From Lama glama (lineage: Eukaryota): a stretch of DNA of 64,000 nucleotides. The notes under the pieces were generated by a model that saw only the letters and a list, made by a program, of their open reading frames with translations, was not told the DNA's origin and searched no databases. Where the stretch lies: assembly GCA_028534125.1 (NCBI GenBank), contig CM052848.1:12834001-12898000 (forward strand), in the 5' to 3' direction. The translations under genes and the position numbers were made by a program. Positions 1 to 12,640 of this stretch are shown here, in pieces. The number at the start of each line of letters is the position of its first letter. Within the stretch, counting starts at the first letter, position 1.

Positions 1-792
1 TGTCATAATGAATATATTACTTAAAATTAAACATTGCAGGAATATCCAGCTTTTTATCTTGCCTAAATATTGTCCTCCTAGCCCAGCAAACAGAGTAGGG
101 GGCAACAGGACAGGCAGGAGGCTGTCCTGAACCAGGGCTGATGTCTGAGACTTTCTGCTCCAACTTTGGTTCTCAGTTCTCACATAGAAAATTGGTTGGG
201 ACAGAACTCAAATTCTGCTGTGTTTTGGAAAATTTCAGTAACATTTCCAGATGGGAGAAAATATATTCTATGTTTCATGGTAAAAATTAAAGAGGATAGT
301 CCTGGAAGTGTTGGAGATAAACTGATGCTACGCGTATTGTGAGCAATGGGGTTTTTATAAAAGTACAGCCAGTTTGCAAGATCAGAATTTTCCCTGGATG
401 TGGAATCACCCTTTGTGTGGTGGTCCACAAATACCTTTGAAACAGATTCAACCGAAAATATTAGCTGTTCAGCACAAACCGTCGTTGTGGCTCCTCGTGA
501 TTTGTTGTCGTGCTTTATTTAGAGGATGCGTTGTTGGCTGGGAGCTTCCTGCCCGGGGCTGCAAAGCGCCTTTGCCTCGGCTTGTGGTTCAGTCCACAAG
601 GGCACGGTCCTGCCTCGAGCCAGGGCTGGGGATGTGAAGTTGATCAAAACGTTTGTTCTCTGCTAACACAGCTAGCATGTGGATGAAAAGGCAGGGGACA
701 GAGATACTCAAAAGCCCCTGCACTGCGGGAGGGCTGCCCACGACGCCAGAGAAACAAGGGCACTGACTGACCGATTACCTGGTGCTGAGGAC

Positions 793-988
793 AGAGGGAG
801 TTGGCAGATGGAAAGGGCCAGGTGATACACATTTCAGGCTTTGCGGGCTGTGTCACGACCGCTCAGCCTGTGTTGTGTGAATGCGGCCAGAGGAAGTGGG
901 TAAGTGCACGTGTTGAAGCTAAACTGTATGTAGAAAAAGCAGACGGGGAGCCCGGTGTGGCCTGTGGGTCTGGACTTGCTGACCACAG
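793..988 (+). mobile_element. MER58A-like hAT-Charlie MITE (GC-shifted)
   Basis: aaagggccaggtgatacacatttcaggctttgcgggc...aaaagcagacggggagccc...ttgctgacc follows the recalled MER58A layout. Confidence 0.6.
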
Positions 989-3900
989 GCTTCAGGCAAT
1001 CACTGTGTGTCATCTCCCTGGGCCGCGGGCCAGGAATCCAGGTTCAGCACCGCCCAGCGCCTCCAGCTGTGGGTCTTTGATGACATCGCCATTATGGGGC
1101 AGGTGGCCCCAGAGAGGGGCGGGAGCCCGGGTGCTGTAGGTCCTGATCTCAGAAGTGACCTCTTGTCACTTCAGCTGAATTGTATCTTTAGAAGCCAGTC
1201 AGTACATCCAGCCTGGACTTGGGAGGGAGGGGGTTGGTTACACACGGGCGCAAATACTGTCAAAGAAAAAATTTGCAGCCCCTGCTAAAGAGCAGTAAGG
1301 CGGACTGTGTTCAGGACCCCCCGGATGGGTACCGGGACCACTGCGGCGGGAATGTGGTGTCTACTCCAAACACAACAAGGGGAAGTAAGGATTTGCAGCC
1401 AAAGGGAAGGTGGGGTCAGTGGGTGGAAAATTACTGAGAGGAAACATGGGCTAGGGGGTCGGTTTCTGGCTAAAGTGACCTCCCAGGATTCCTGCCGAAG
1501 ACAGGCCTGGTCGACCAGACATCCCCAGGGGTGGTGGGAGGCCGAGGAGGTGAGCAGACACAGAGAGTGACCACATCTGGAGGAGGAGCGGTGCTGGCTT
1601 AGCTGACATGGCAGGATTCTTGCTGAAGCTGGGCCACACAGAGGTGACCACTGACAATCAAACGTCAGGGCCCCGTCAGAGAGCTCAGCAGGACTAGGGG
1701 GTGGGGGTCCCTGGGGAGGAGCGATCGAGGGCAGTGCCTGGAGCAGAGCCGCGTGGGCCCGGGTCTCCCTCTGCCCAGGTCTGAGCTTCCATCTGTGGCC
1801 AACACAGCCAGCACCCCCACGGGCACCTTCATTTCCTCCCACCCCGCTCGCCCCTGATTCTCTTGCATTTATGACTTTACGGCTGGGCTTCAGTAAACAT
1901 TTGCTGAATAAAAACAGAGAGGATCCCGAAAGGAAGCTGACATCGGCAGACGAGTTCCGGGAGCTGTCAGACGGATTCCCGTGTTCTCTGTTTCGGCCTC
2001 TTTCCCCGTTGGTGAGGGGGCAGCGGGGGCTCCTCACCCAGGGGCCCAGGGGCCCGTGTCACCGTCAGGGGCATGTGCACCCTTTGCCTTGGCCGAAGGG
2101 CAGGCCATCTGAGGGCCCAGCCACTCGGAGACTGTTTCTGGGGACCCCGTGTCCCCCATCACAGCAGCTTCCCCGTAATAACGGAGATCCTGACAGCCTG
2201 CGGTCACTTCGTGGTTCCTCGCACCGCCCAGCAGCATGGCCCCGCGACCCAGAGCCACCCCAACCCTGGACCACGTCCTCCTCTCTGACAGCAGCCTCGG
2301 TCTGGGCAGCCCTCCAGACGTGCGTCCGCGCCCGCTAGCCGGCCAGCCGGCCAGCCTCCCAGACCGTGTTTAACGCCCTCCACGCTTCAGGGCCATGGTC
2401 ATTCCCTGGACCCACCCTGCACCAGTCCCCATCAGATCACTCTCGAAGTCTGCTTTCTGTGCAAGTAAGTGATGAAAGCAGTTTTCTGTTCCACAACCTC
2501 AGCTTCCGCCTGGTGCTTCTGGGCAGCCGTGTTTTATTGGTTCTTCTGTCATCCTCACTGGTGTAAGATCTCCCTCTGTGCCCTCCCCATGTTTGTTTAA
2601 ATAAACTTTATCTGGAGACCCTTTTAGATTTAGAGGGAAGTTTCACAGCTGGCGTAGTGGTTTCTCCTTTCTCTCAGTGTCTGTTTTGGAGGCTGGTGGC
2701 TGAGGTGGGAGGTGGGCAGTGGGGAGGGCTGGTGCAGGCGGATGGACAGAACTCTCTGGATGCCGGACGGATGGGAGGACAGCTGCTGGCCTATTTGAGG
2801 GACAGACTGGCTTCTGCCAGGACGTCTGGAAGAGGAGGGGGCGCAGTGATGGGCCCGACTCCGCCATCCACTGGCTCCACCCGTTCACCTTGCAGAGACC
2901 CTCATGTCCTGCCCGTCTGGCCTTTATCTGACGGGGACTGAGGGCCAGGTAGCTGGTGAGGAAGGAGAAGCGGTAACAAGACAAGGTCTCCCCTCTTCAA
3001 GGTCATTTTGTGACAGAAATTGTTCCGAGGATCACAGTTACATTGTAGATTTTGACCACTCAGAAGGCGGGAGGCTCAGAACCCCCCACCCCCCAGGGTC
3101 GTGTCCTCGGCCACTGACCCTAGGTGACCGACAGGCCCAGGCGGGGCGGTGAGCAGAGGTCTCTGAATCCCAGGGCTGTGTCGAAGTGGGTTCTCGTCGG
3201 CAGGAGGGGAGCTCAGGGACGACCACAGCGAAGACGCCTGGAACCCCCATCCTGTCTGTGCACAGCAAGGGGTCGCACGTCGGGTGCTCCAGAGGGTAGG
3301 GGCTCCCTTTGTTCTCCGCTTGATTCTTGAGACTGAAACAAAGAGGATCCCTGTCTGGGCAGCACCCAGGGTGGAAATGTTCCAGGAATCCCCAGACGTG
3401 TCCCTGGAACCAGGGTGCTGACAGAGCGGGGTCCTGGGGGGCCGCCCGTTCCTGTCCTGCAGGCTGAACAGGGAGTCCATCAGTGGCCTCTGTCCTGCCG
3501 CAGCAAAGTGGGGAGTTGACCATGACACCCAGCGAATGACCTTTTACAACGTGACCCACTCCCCATCCTTCCCAGTTTCGGGTGCAGGTGCTGAGTGAGT
3601 CGTGTGTCTGTTACTGGGTCAGGGCCGTGGGCCTGAAAGTAGCCAATCAACTTTGGCCTCTGGTAGAGATCCAGGTTCAATCTGGAGAAAAAAGCCAGAG
3701 TCATTTGAATGGGGAAGGTTCACTGTAAAGTCAGAGTCATTCACTCTGACAAGGTTGGACAGCAAGGGTTTGGCTGCCGGGAGCAGGGCGCTGGGAGCTC
3801 GGAGTGGAAAGTACTGAAGGATCTGAGCTTGTGGGGAGCCTTTGTGCAGGGAGGGAGCCAGGAAGCCCTTGTAAGGTATCTCCCTCCAAGGCTGACTGGC

Positions 3901-4595
3901 TGGGAGTGGGGAGTTGGGTGGAGCCGAAGCCGCCCTGCCCCCAGGACCCCACGCAGGGAGTCTCCTGCAGCAGCCCTGGGGAGGTGGGGACAGCCACCCT
4001 CCCAGAGCAGCAACTCCACGAGAAGCTGTCAAGGACTGGGCAGGTCTGCCTCCCCATGGTCATGACCACTGCAGTTAGCCTCCTGCCAGATCTGCAGGAT
4101 CCCTCTTCCTGAGAAGGGCTAAAGGCACTGAGCTGAGAGCTTTCTCCCCAACCCTGCAAACCGCTGTCAGATCCCAGTTCATTTTGTGGGCGGTGGGCCC
4201 TGTGGGGAGAGAGGAGGGCTGGACGGACCAGAAGCCGAGGAACAGCTAGACACACATGGGACAGATGCACCGTCACAACTTCACTGCCTGGTCCCCTGCG
4301 GGTGGCCTCAAGTCTCCTTATTGCACTGGGAAAGCTAAGGCACCATAGCTAAAGTAGCTCCTCACCTTTCTGTTTGCAAAATTTGAAGTTAATGAAAGAA
4401 AAGAAACTTTTTAAAAGTTATCAAAAAACCAAACTTTTTAGTTTCTCCACTTCCTCTTGTCCATTATTTTAAAATATTGTTTAATGTGCTAAAATGTACA
4501 AGAAAACATGTTTTTTGTTAAAAAGAAAACAACTGATTGGATCATTTCTTTTACTTTACTCTTTGATTCTGTTGGTTTTGCTGCAAGGTAATCCC

Positions 4596-4930
4596 TGAAG
4601 GGAGGTGGGCTGTAAGCTTAAACTACACGTGATGGCCCACCTCTGGGAACCCTGCCTCCCAGGAAATGAGTGTTAAGCTAAAGTACCTTGTTGAGCTCAC
4701 AGGAAGCATCCTGACCAGGCCCACCTGGGAGCAACTGCAGGAAGGAGGAAATGAACACAGCCCTCCGGAGCCAGCCGGACCGGACCGGAACAGGAAACGA
4801 CCAACTTTCCTCCCTCCCCTTCGAGTATAAAAGAAGCCTGAATTATAACTCGGGGAAGGGGTTCATGCGTCCTGTCTTCTCTGGCTGCGGGCTTGCTTTC
4901 CAGAGTCATTATTCCTTGCCTGCCACCTCA
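4596..4930 (+). mobile_element. ERV LTR fragment (probably ERV1 class)
   Basis: TG start, LTR-like U3, TATAAAAG at 4826, decayed polyA/U5 region; no TSD found. Confidence 0.6.
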
Positions 4931-7900
4931 CCCCCTCCAAAACAAAGAAAGACAAAAAAGAAAAAAACAACAGCTGGCAAGAAGAGTGGATTAAAATTGG
5001 AAAGGGTTGTTTTCACCAGATTAAAATGCTGCTTTCTGTCCTGAAATTCTCACCGGCTTTCTTGGCCATGTCGCTGTGGAGAGGAAGCCCACGATGAGCT
5101 CAGGCACAGACTGAAACCGGGGCTGACTTCCTCCACCAGCTCAGCTGAAGGCCAGGGCTCAGTGAGCCGTTCCGGCTGAGTCAGAACTGAAACGGGAGTC
5201 TGACTGGAGCCAGAGACAGTGCTGGCGGCCGCACAGCCATACACGGGCTCGTGGACACACTGCAGGGGCTTCTGTTAGCCGGCTTTCTCCTAAGTCAGCA
5301 CCCTTACTAAAAATATTGCCCTCTGTGTCTGAAACATGAGGCCTCTCAAGTTTGTCTGTTTTGGTCAGGACACAATACATCCCTTAAAAGAGATGATTGG
5401 GGTGAGACTGTGTGTGTGGGTCACAGTATGAGTCAGAGGGAGAAGGTGATCTGAATAATGGAGGCGTTTTTCCCAGGGACGTTTAAAAATGCAGAGAAAA
5501 GTTGCCCAACCTCTAAGAGAATTTTAAGAATGTTAAGTGTTTGAGTGACTGGGGAAGCGTGGGAGGACACCTGAGAGAGTTTCCAGGTTCTGACAGCGCT
5601 GGGAGTTCCTTCACGGACAGGAGGTCAGAGAGCTGGACTCTTAGATGGAGACCCCCGGGGAGGCACCCGCTCAGCCTGCCCCGTCCTGGGTCCTATTGTG
5701 GAGGCTTTATCTTAGCGCTGATCTGATTGTTGGGGAAAGACAATGCGGAATGTGCAGCCTGCGGAGGTGGGTTTGTGGGCAGGGCTGCTGGCCCCTTCGC
5801 TGTCTGGAGCCCTCTCCTTTGCGGAGAGCCCCTCCCCAAGGGGAGCCCTGTCCATCATGGGGGGCCCCTGTGCCGTGGGGAGTAGTGCTCGGTCTCTCTG
5901 AATCCCTCAGTGCTCCGCAGGGGACCCCAGGAGCCAAGTTAGAAGCTTCCCAGAAAAACCTGAGGGCTGGGCCAGCCTCTGAGGGGCTGAAAGTTCGGCA
6001 GGAGGGTGCAGGGGCGTCCTGGTCCTGTCCTTTTGTGATGGAATAGATTGATCATCACCATTAAAGATGGTTCTCACAGTTGCCTGCAGCAGCCCTGCTC
6101 TTCTTTACAATCTCGAGTGGATTTTAAATGGGATGGAGATGGGACATTATGCTGTCTCGAGGTGGCAGGAACTAGTGATAACTGATAACTCTGCCTTCAT
6201 ACATTTTCTGTAAGAAGCTGAGTTCCATTTGGGCTGACAGGTGGGGAGCTCAGTTCACCAGACAAAGCCATGCGGCCCAGTCCCCAGTCCTGTCCCTGGT
6301 GCCCACAGCCCACACAGATCGCCGTGCGCATGTCGCCCCACACAGATTGGCTGTCAGTTCTGTGCTCTTGACGACCTTGCCTTCTGCTCCCCAGTCCACT
6401 GCTCACCCAGTGAGGCCTGCGTCTCTCGTTATGGGGCTGCAGGGACAGTCCAAGTCTGAGGGTGGGGATCACCAGGGGGTGCCCTGCGGTGGGGGTCTGC
6501 TATGCCAGGCCATCTCCTCCCCTCGCCTGCCCCGGGCTCTGAGGCTGGTGCTCGTTGGATGATTAATGTTCCTGCAGGTGGTCCGGAGAGATGGACTTCC
6601 CAAGACACAGGCCGTGAGTACCAGTCAGTGGGTCAGGACTGCGAGACGAGCTGTTTCTTTGCAGGACTCTGCCTGTTGTGGGCGGGACGTTTCCAAGCCA
6701 TTTCCGGACATGTCTTGTGTCTGGCCTCCCCGCCTACCTCCAGCGGTCCCCCAGTGGCAGGTCTTCTGCTCAGGAACAAAGCCAGGACGGTCTCCGTCAC
6801 ACACAGGAGACCCGCAGCATCTTTCTACTGGAGACAGATGTTAAGTGTTGCCTTGAGGATGGAAAGTGCACCTGCTGAAGCTTGTCACCCTGGGGCTGAG
6901 TTGCATTTTACTTGCTTTCCTTGCGAGAGACATGGACACACCTCTTGGAATACCGCCCAGTTGGGTGCTGTGAGTCTTCCCTCCAACACTGGAGGTCTCT
7001 GTCCTGTGGGCACGTGTGGTTTCAGAGCAGGTGGCAGTGGGAGCAAACACCCTTCCCCGCCATGGCCCCCATCACTGACCTTGGTACCCTGTTACTGCCC
7101 ACAGCACTGACCCTGTCACTGCCCCCCACCTCCCCTCATCACGGCCACACTGGCCTGAGCGGTTGGGGGCAGCAGGGAGGCGGCCGTGACATTCCCTGTG
7201 TTCATACATAACATAAAATAACCAAGGGAGTGGTGCGAGCAGTTACTCCTTAAGAAGCTGAGACCCCAGTGGAAGAGCTGCCTCCCCACTTGGCCCCAGG
7301 CCCCCACCCCAGCTCCTCTGCAGTTTTGGCACCAGGAGTCCGTGGGGTCCAGAGGCCTCCTGGGCCCCGGGAAGGTCTGGAGACCCAGATGGCCAGGGCT
7401 TTGCTCCTGGGAGAGGCCGGTAAGGGGTGAGCGGTGGACAATGGTAGCTGGCTCTCCCTGCCCCACCTTTCCTTCCTTCTCCCCCGGCCCCCAGACGTGG
7501 TGTTCCTTGGTAATAAAAAGAAGGAAAGGAGGAGAGAATGAGATCTGGCAAAACTGTGAACAGCCACGCCCTGTCTGAGCACCTTGGCTTCCGGTGACCG
7601 GTTGGTCCGCGGCGAGGACTGTGCCAGGCACCCTGGTTAACACGAGTCCAGCTGCAAGTAGAGGAAACCAGGAAGAAGGGGGCCCCCTTTGCCTTGTTTA
7701 TTAGCACCGTGTCCCTGAAATAGCGCAGCTTGGAGAGCTGAGGGGATTTGTGCTATGTTTCCAGCACCATCTGAATTGGAAGAAGGACACAGTGGGGTGA
7801 CTTACTGAGGGTGTGGAGGGTTTGGCGGCCGGTGGGGAGGAGGGTCAGGGCCATCTCTGGTCCAGGCGCGGCCCTCTGGCTCTGGCCACAGTGAGATCTG

Positions 7901-8299
7901 CGAGCCAGGCCACGCTCCGGGCACCGGGGAAGCAAAACACAGCAAAACCAGATTTGCCCTAATTCAGCCTCCCCCTCAGTCTTCATGGTCAACAATCAAG
8001 TCGTTCTTTGACTGAGCGTTTCAGTTTCATCAGAGGGACAGATAAGACTCTAGAGCGCACACGAACTATGAAAAGTCTCCACTTTTCATTTCATCCTTCT
8101 CTGTAGTGTTTGCATTTTTCCCAGATGCAGGTAAGTACTCTTTTTCCCTTGTCAGTACGACTATCTGGTGACACTTCCTGATCTCCTTTTTGTGACTATC
8201 TGCACATATGTGAGCTTAGTACATATGATGACAGTCGGGGCTGCGCCCCAGTAGAGCAGCTGAGATGCGTGATAGTGCCGTGCCGGGGGGATGTGAGGG

Positions 8300-8665
8300 G
8301 CTGTGTCTCTCCAGGTTGCTGGTGGGAATTTGAAATGGAACGACCACTAGAAAGCAGTTGCGCAGTTTTCTTTAAAAAAACTAAACATACGCTTGTCACA
8401 CAACTCAGCAGTCTCACTCTTGAGCACTTATCCCAGGGAAATTAAAACTTAGAAACCTGCACACAGCGCGATTCACAACAACCCCAAACCGGAAACTACT
8501 TCAGTGTCCTCGGGGGGTGGACGGCTGAACAGGCGGTGCTGGCTCCGCGGTGGGACTGTCCATGTCTGTCACAGCTCTGGTGGGTCTCAAGGACATTTGC
8601 TGAGTGAAAACACCCCGTCTCAGACTGTCTCGTGCTGCACGACCCCACATCTGTACGTGTCTCAG
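8300..8665 (+). mobile_element. Old L1M 3'-region fragment
   Basis: ttgctggtgggaatttgaaatgg...aaactaaacata...cccagggaaattaaaac...tgctgagtgaaaa typical of the L1 ORF2 end and 3'UTR. Confidence 0.7.
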
Positions 8666-8699
8666 TCAGCTCGGTCCTGATGAAGACGGAGAGGTCCCA

Positions 8700-9122
8700 G
8701 CCTGGCCCTCATCCCAATGCCCCCTAGAGCAGGGTGGGGGTCAGCCGGCTCCCGGGAGCCTCGCGCCACCACAGTTGGGAGGCACAGCGCCAGGGTCTGG
8801 TGACGGCCACCTGGCACGTGGGCACGTGGGTGTTTCCGTCCTTGGGAACCGGCAGCCAGCCCTGTCCTCCCGCTGTTCACAGCTGTCTGGGGGCGGGGAG
8901 GTGCCCGGCAGAGGCCGGGTCGCTGGTGTGGAATGTTTTCTGGAGCTTCCAAAGGGCTCTTAATGTGAAGGGCAGCGAGCCGGCAGGCTGACGTGTGGGA
9001 ACCGGGAGTGACCTGCGGGAAGCCCCCGCACTGCCCCTCCCTCCCCATTACTCCCCCACCTCCCGGTTTGTCCCTGCTCCCAGCGTGCTCCTGGCGGCTG
9101 TTCCCACGCTCACCCGCTCCCC
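8700..9122 (+). promoter_or_regulatory. CpG-rich putative internal promoter / 5'UTR of the alternative LIMS1 first exon
   Basis: GC- and CpG-rich sequence directly upstream of ATG 9123; function inferred from position only. Confidence 0.45.
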
Positions 9123-9304
9123 ATGGCGCTCCCAGCCGGGCTGCGCCCCCCACTCATCCCCGAGGATGGAGAGGTACCCCCTGCGGCCCGGAACGGGGTC
9201 CTCCCGGCCCCCAGCAGTGAGGATGAGAGGGCTGTGTCCAGGCTACAGCGCAGGCAGAGCGACGTCCAGGTCTACAAGGAGTTTTGTGACTTTTATGCGA
9301 AATT
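9123..9304 (+). CDS. LIMS1: LIMS1 alternative first coding exon (long N-terminal isoform)
   Basis: ATG at 9123; MALPAGLRPP...EDERAVSRLQRRQSDVQVYKEFCDFYAK resembles the recalled human MAFSGRARP... isoform; donor TT|gtgagt at 9305, phase 2 joins exon 2 to give ...YAKFNMANAL. Confidence 0.9.
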
Positions 9305-10049
9305 GTGAGTGTCCCTCCCCCCCCCGGGGGGGCTGGGAGGTCACTGCCTTGGGTTTGACCCCTGGACCTTTAGCAGGCACTTCCCAGGGCGAGGGTGGCC
9401 GGGCAGGCGCTGGGCACACATGCCAGCCTTAGTTGGACCTCCTACGTGAAATGTAGAAAGAAGGAGATGCTGCCGAGAGCCGACAGGTCTGTGTGGGCTC
9501 CTGGTTGCAGTGCGTTTCCATGTTGTGATCTCGGAATGACTGCAGGTCTCCAAGTTGTGGATCAGGAGTTCAGGGGAGTTTAACTGACCTGACGCTCTGT
9601 TTCCACCTGTCTCTTCTGTGCGTTTTGGCAACAGCTGTCACTTGTCTTCACAAAGAGCTCGTTTGACAGTAATCAGGCAGTTATTACACTGTAACCAAAA
9701 TGCTTGGTAAACTCTCAGCTTGGTAAACTCTTCTGGGTTTTCACATTTGCATTTTAGTGCTAGAAAATTCGTTTCACATACTTTGAGAAATGAGGAGGTT
9801 GAATAACGGAAAGCTGGATGACACCACATTTTCTGTGTGCGGTTCATTTGTGGACGAGGTCGGTTGAAACAGTTACAACTGGACAGTCATGAAGACTGTG
9901 CTCAAGGCTCTTACGTTCCCCGACACGAAAATCCTTTTCTGAAGAATTAGTCAGTTGATCATAACTAACCAATGACAGCTCATCGTCCATGGCTTTTAAA
10001 AAGAAACTTCTGTCATCTGTCTTAAGTGTGACAGTCTGTAAACAACACG

Positions 10050-10195
10050 CAGGTCAGCGTGGGTCTGTCAGTTCACAGCTGGGGGACGTTGGGGATGGCG
10101 CGGTTGGAGGGACGTGGCAAATTTCTGCGTCTTCCACTCAGTGTTGCTGTGAACCTAAAACTGCTCTAAAAAACAGTCCATTAAAAAAATAAAAA
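10050..10195 (+). mobile_element. L1MC-like 3' terminus
   Basis: ttgctgtgaacctaaaactgctctaaaaaa followed by an A-rich tail. Confidence 0.7.
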
Positions 10196-10494
10196 TACAC
10201 AGTGCCAGAGGGTCAAAGACAAGAGGCAGAGAAATGCGAGCACTTCAGTAGGTGGGTGGGAGTATTAATTGGTTTGTTTTCTGAAAGTTTCCTCTAATAC
10301 TGCCTCCCTTCTTTTCCTGCTTGTTGTTAAAATGAATCCTTCTTCGAAAATCTGCATTACTTTATCTGTAAAACTAGCTTATTTTTCCCGTGTGGGGAAA
10401 ACTTCATGCTTATTTTTACAAAGTGTCTGCTACCTTCTAACTACTTGGGTATTTGAACTTGAATATAAACAGTCTGCAGTACAGCGAGTATGAA

Positions 10495-10860
10495 CAGGTC
10501 AGTTATACACGTTTTGATCGTGGGGCGCCTTTACAGTCTTAGAAACTTTTAAGGTCTCCAAAGAGCTTTTATTTTATCAAACATGTACAGTATTAGAGAA
10601 TAAAACGGAGGAAATTTTTAAGTATTTGTTAATTCATTTAAAATAACAATAAGCATATTATACATCAATAATAAATATTAATACTGTTTTTTTTATGAAA
10701 AATGAGTGTTTCCAAAACGATAAAAGCTTGGTGTGAAGAGTGGCACTGTTTTGCATTTTTGCGAATCTCATTAATGTCTGTCTTAATAAAAGACAGTTTC
10801 CCTTGCATTGGTTTTACTGTAATATGTTGTTTTAGATGAAGTGTATGAAGAAGATGCTCT
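10495..10860. mobile_element. Charlie1-like hAT DNA transposon fragment
   Basis: ccaaagagcttttt...tttttatgaaaaat...gaagagtggcactgttttgcatttttgcgaatctc matches recalled Charlie1. Confidence 0.7.
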
Positions 10861-10955
10861 GAGGTGCGGTGGACGGGGGAGGAGCCTCCCCCCGGGTGCG
10901 GTGGATGGGAGAGGAGCCTCCCTTCGAGGTGCGGTGAACCAGGGAGGACCCTTCC
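10861..10955. repeat. 32-33-bp tandem repeat x3
   Basis: GGTGCGGTG...GAGGAGCCTCCC starting at 10863, 10895 and 10928 (third copy degenerate). Confidence 0.8.
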
Positions 10956-12480
10956 AGCCCGAGGGAGTCTCTGATCTAGGAAATAATGATTCAGGACGTT
11001 CTGGGATTTCTTCTTTTGTAGCATTTTTGGGGTTCTATTAAAATCATCGAGAATTTGGTGACTCTTTTGAGAGGGTTTGTATTTAACAATAATGCTTTAT
11101 ATTTGAGTAGCATCTTCTGGTTTCCAAAGTGGTTTTATGTACCCTTTCTTATTTCATCCTCAGAATAGCAGTAAGAACACAGGGCAGCTGCGGGCTGAAC
11201 CGACTTCATCCAGGGACACCTGTGGATTTTGGCTACACTTTGGAGAAGGGGGCACAGAGCTTCCCAGAGCTTTGCTAGAACTGCCCCAGTTCATGTGGCT
11301 TATGGAAAAGCCAGGGGAAGAAGGGGCTCTAGGGATTTCCCTCCCCAGCCCACGGTCATTTTGCAGTAACAAAGTAGAAAATTTGATTCAGCGTGAGGCT
11401 TGGGCTGGGCTTGCCAAGCTGTGAGGCTGCCTCCCTTCCTTCCTTTTTTTGGTGACGTTTTACTGAGTTTAGCTTGGTGTCGGGTTGTGACCATGGTACG
11501 TCTGCATGGAGTACTTCTGGCTGCAAAGCCGGAGCACTGCTCCGTGAGGCGTCTGGGGGAAGAGGGCAAGGCTGTCTTCTCTGGGGGTGGGGCGGGGGGA
11601 CATGCACTGTGAACACTTTCTGAAACAGCAAGGTGTATAATCTGACAGAACAGGGGAGACCCTCGTCCCACCTGCCTCACAGGTTGGGCAGTGACCTCAC
11701 GAGGTGGGTTGGTTTGATGTCTGGGTGAGCAGAAGCCACCCCTGGAACCCGACACAACAGGCAGTGAATGTGCTCTGAGTGGGCATCTGAGCATCTGAAA
11801 ATAAATTTGCAAGTTACAGAGCTGGCTGGGCCCATGCCTGCTCTGCTAGGGGATGGTCGCCCTGAGGCTGCCCAGAGACAGAGCCGTTCCTTCTGTGAAA
11901 TCCAGAACAAATACGCTCCTGACTCCAGGCTTGACTGTGTCCCCGAGGGTTAGGTGGATGTGGGCCGTTTATTGACCAGGGGCGGTCACCAACCAGGGGT
12001 GTTGTGGTTTCTCTCTCCTCACCTGTCCCTCTGATGTCCTTTCCAGAGTTTGACACGGACACTGTCACCTGGCTGTGGCTCGTGGGTGGGGACCTGGGTT
12101 CCAGGCCTGTGTCTCCCACTAACTGAACAGCTCTGGGGAGTTGGGCTCCTTGGCTCTGAACCTCTGCCACCACCTGTGAACTGATGTGCACGATGGAAAT
12201 TCCGTGGCTTTCGGATGCATTTTGTGGTATTAGTGTTCAGTGTGTGTTTTACCAGCGGGAGGACAGGGCTAAGGCACCTGTGGTTTAAGACCCGAGTCCT
12301 AGCAGGATCTGCCACAGGATGGGCAAGTCTGGAGTCCTGCGCAATTTAATCAGCCTCACTGGCCCTGGTCCCGCAGGCGGGCCATGAGCAGGAGGGATCA
12401 GGGATCCGAGGGGGCGGCGAGCAGGGTGCCGATGACCTGGGGGCGCCACATCCTGACCTGCTCTGCGTGTTGTGTTGCAG

Positions 12481-12640
12481 CAACATGGCCAACGCCCTGG
12501 CCAACGCCAGCTGTGAGCGCTGCCGGGGCGGCTTCGCGCCCGCCGAGAAGATGGTGAACAGCAGCGGCGAGCTGTACCACGAGCAGTGCTTCGTGTGTGC
12601 CCAGTGCTTCCAGCAGTTCCCGGAGGGCCTGTTCTACGAG
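12481..12640 (+). CDS. LIMS1: LIMS1 exon 2 (LIM1; short-isoform ATG at 12485)
   Basis: ttgcag|C AAC ATG GCC; [23 protein letters not shown]...FPEGLFYE; donor gtgggt. Confidence 0.97.

Noticed and set aside
2719-2931. KRRGRSDGPDS resembling another recalled LIMS1 first exon (RRRRDRPDS)
   Set aside because: Similarity is only a few residues; no suitable ATG or phase-2 donor
1000-7700. Many 100-250-aa ORFs on both strands
   Set aside because: Overlapping, low-complexity, no recognisable domains or splice-phase chains; expected in GC-rich intron sequence
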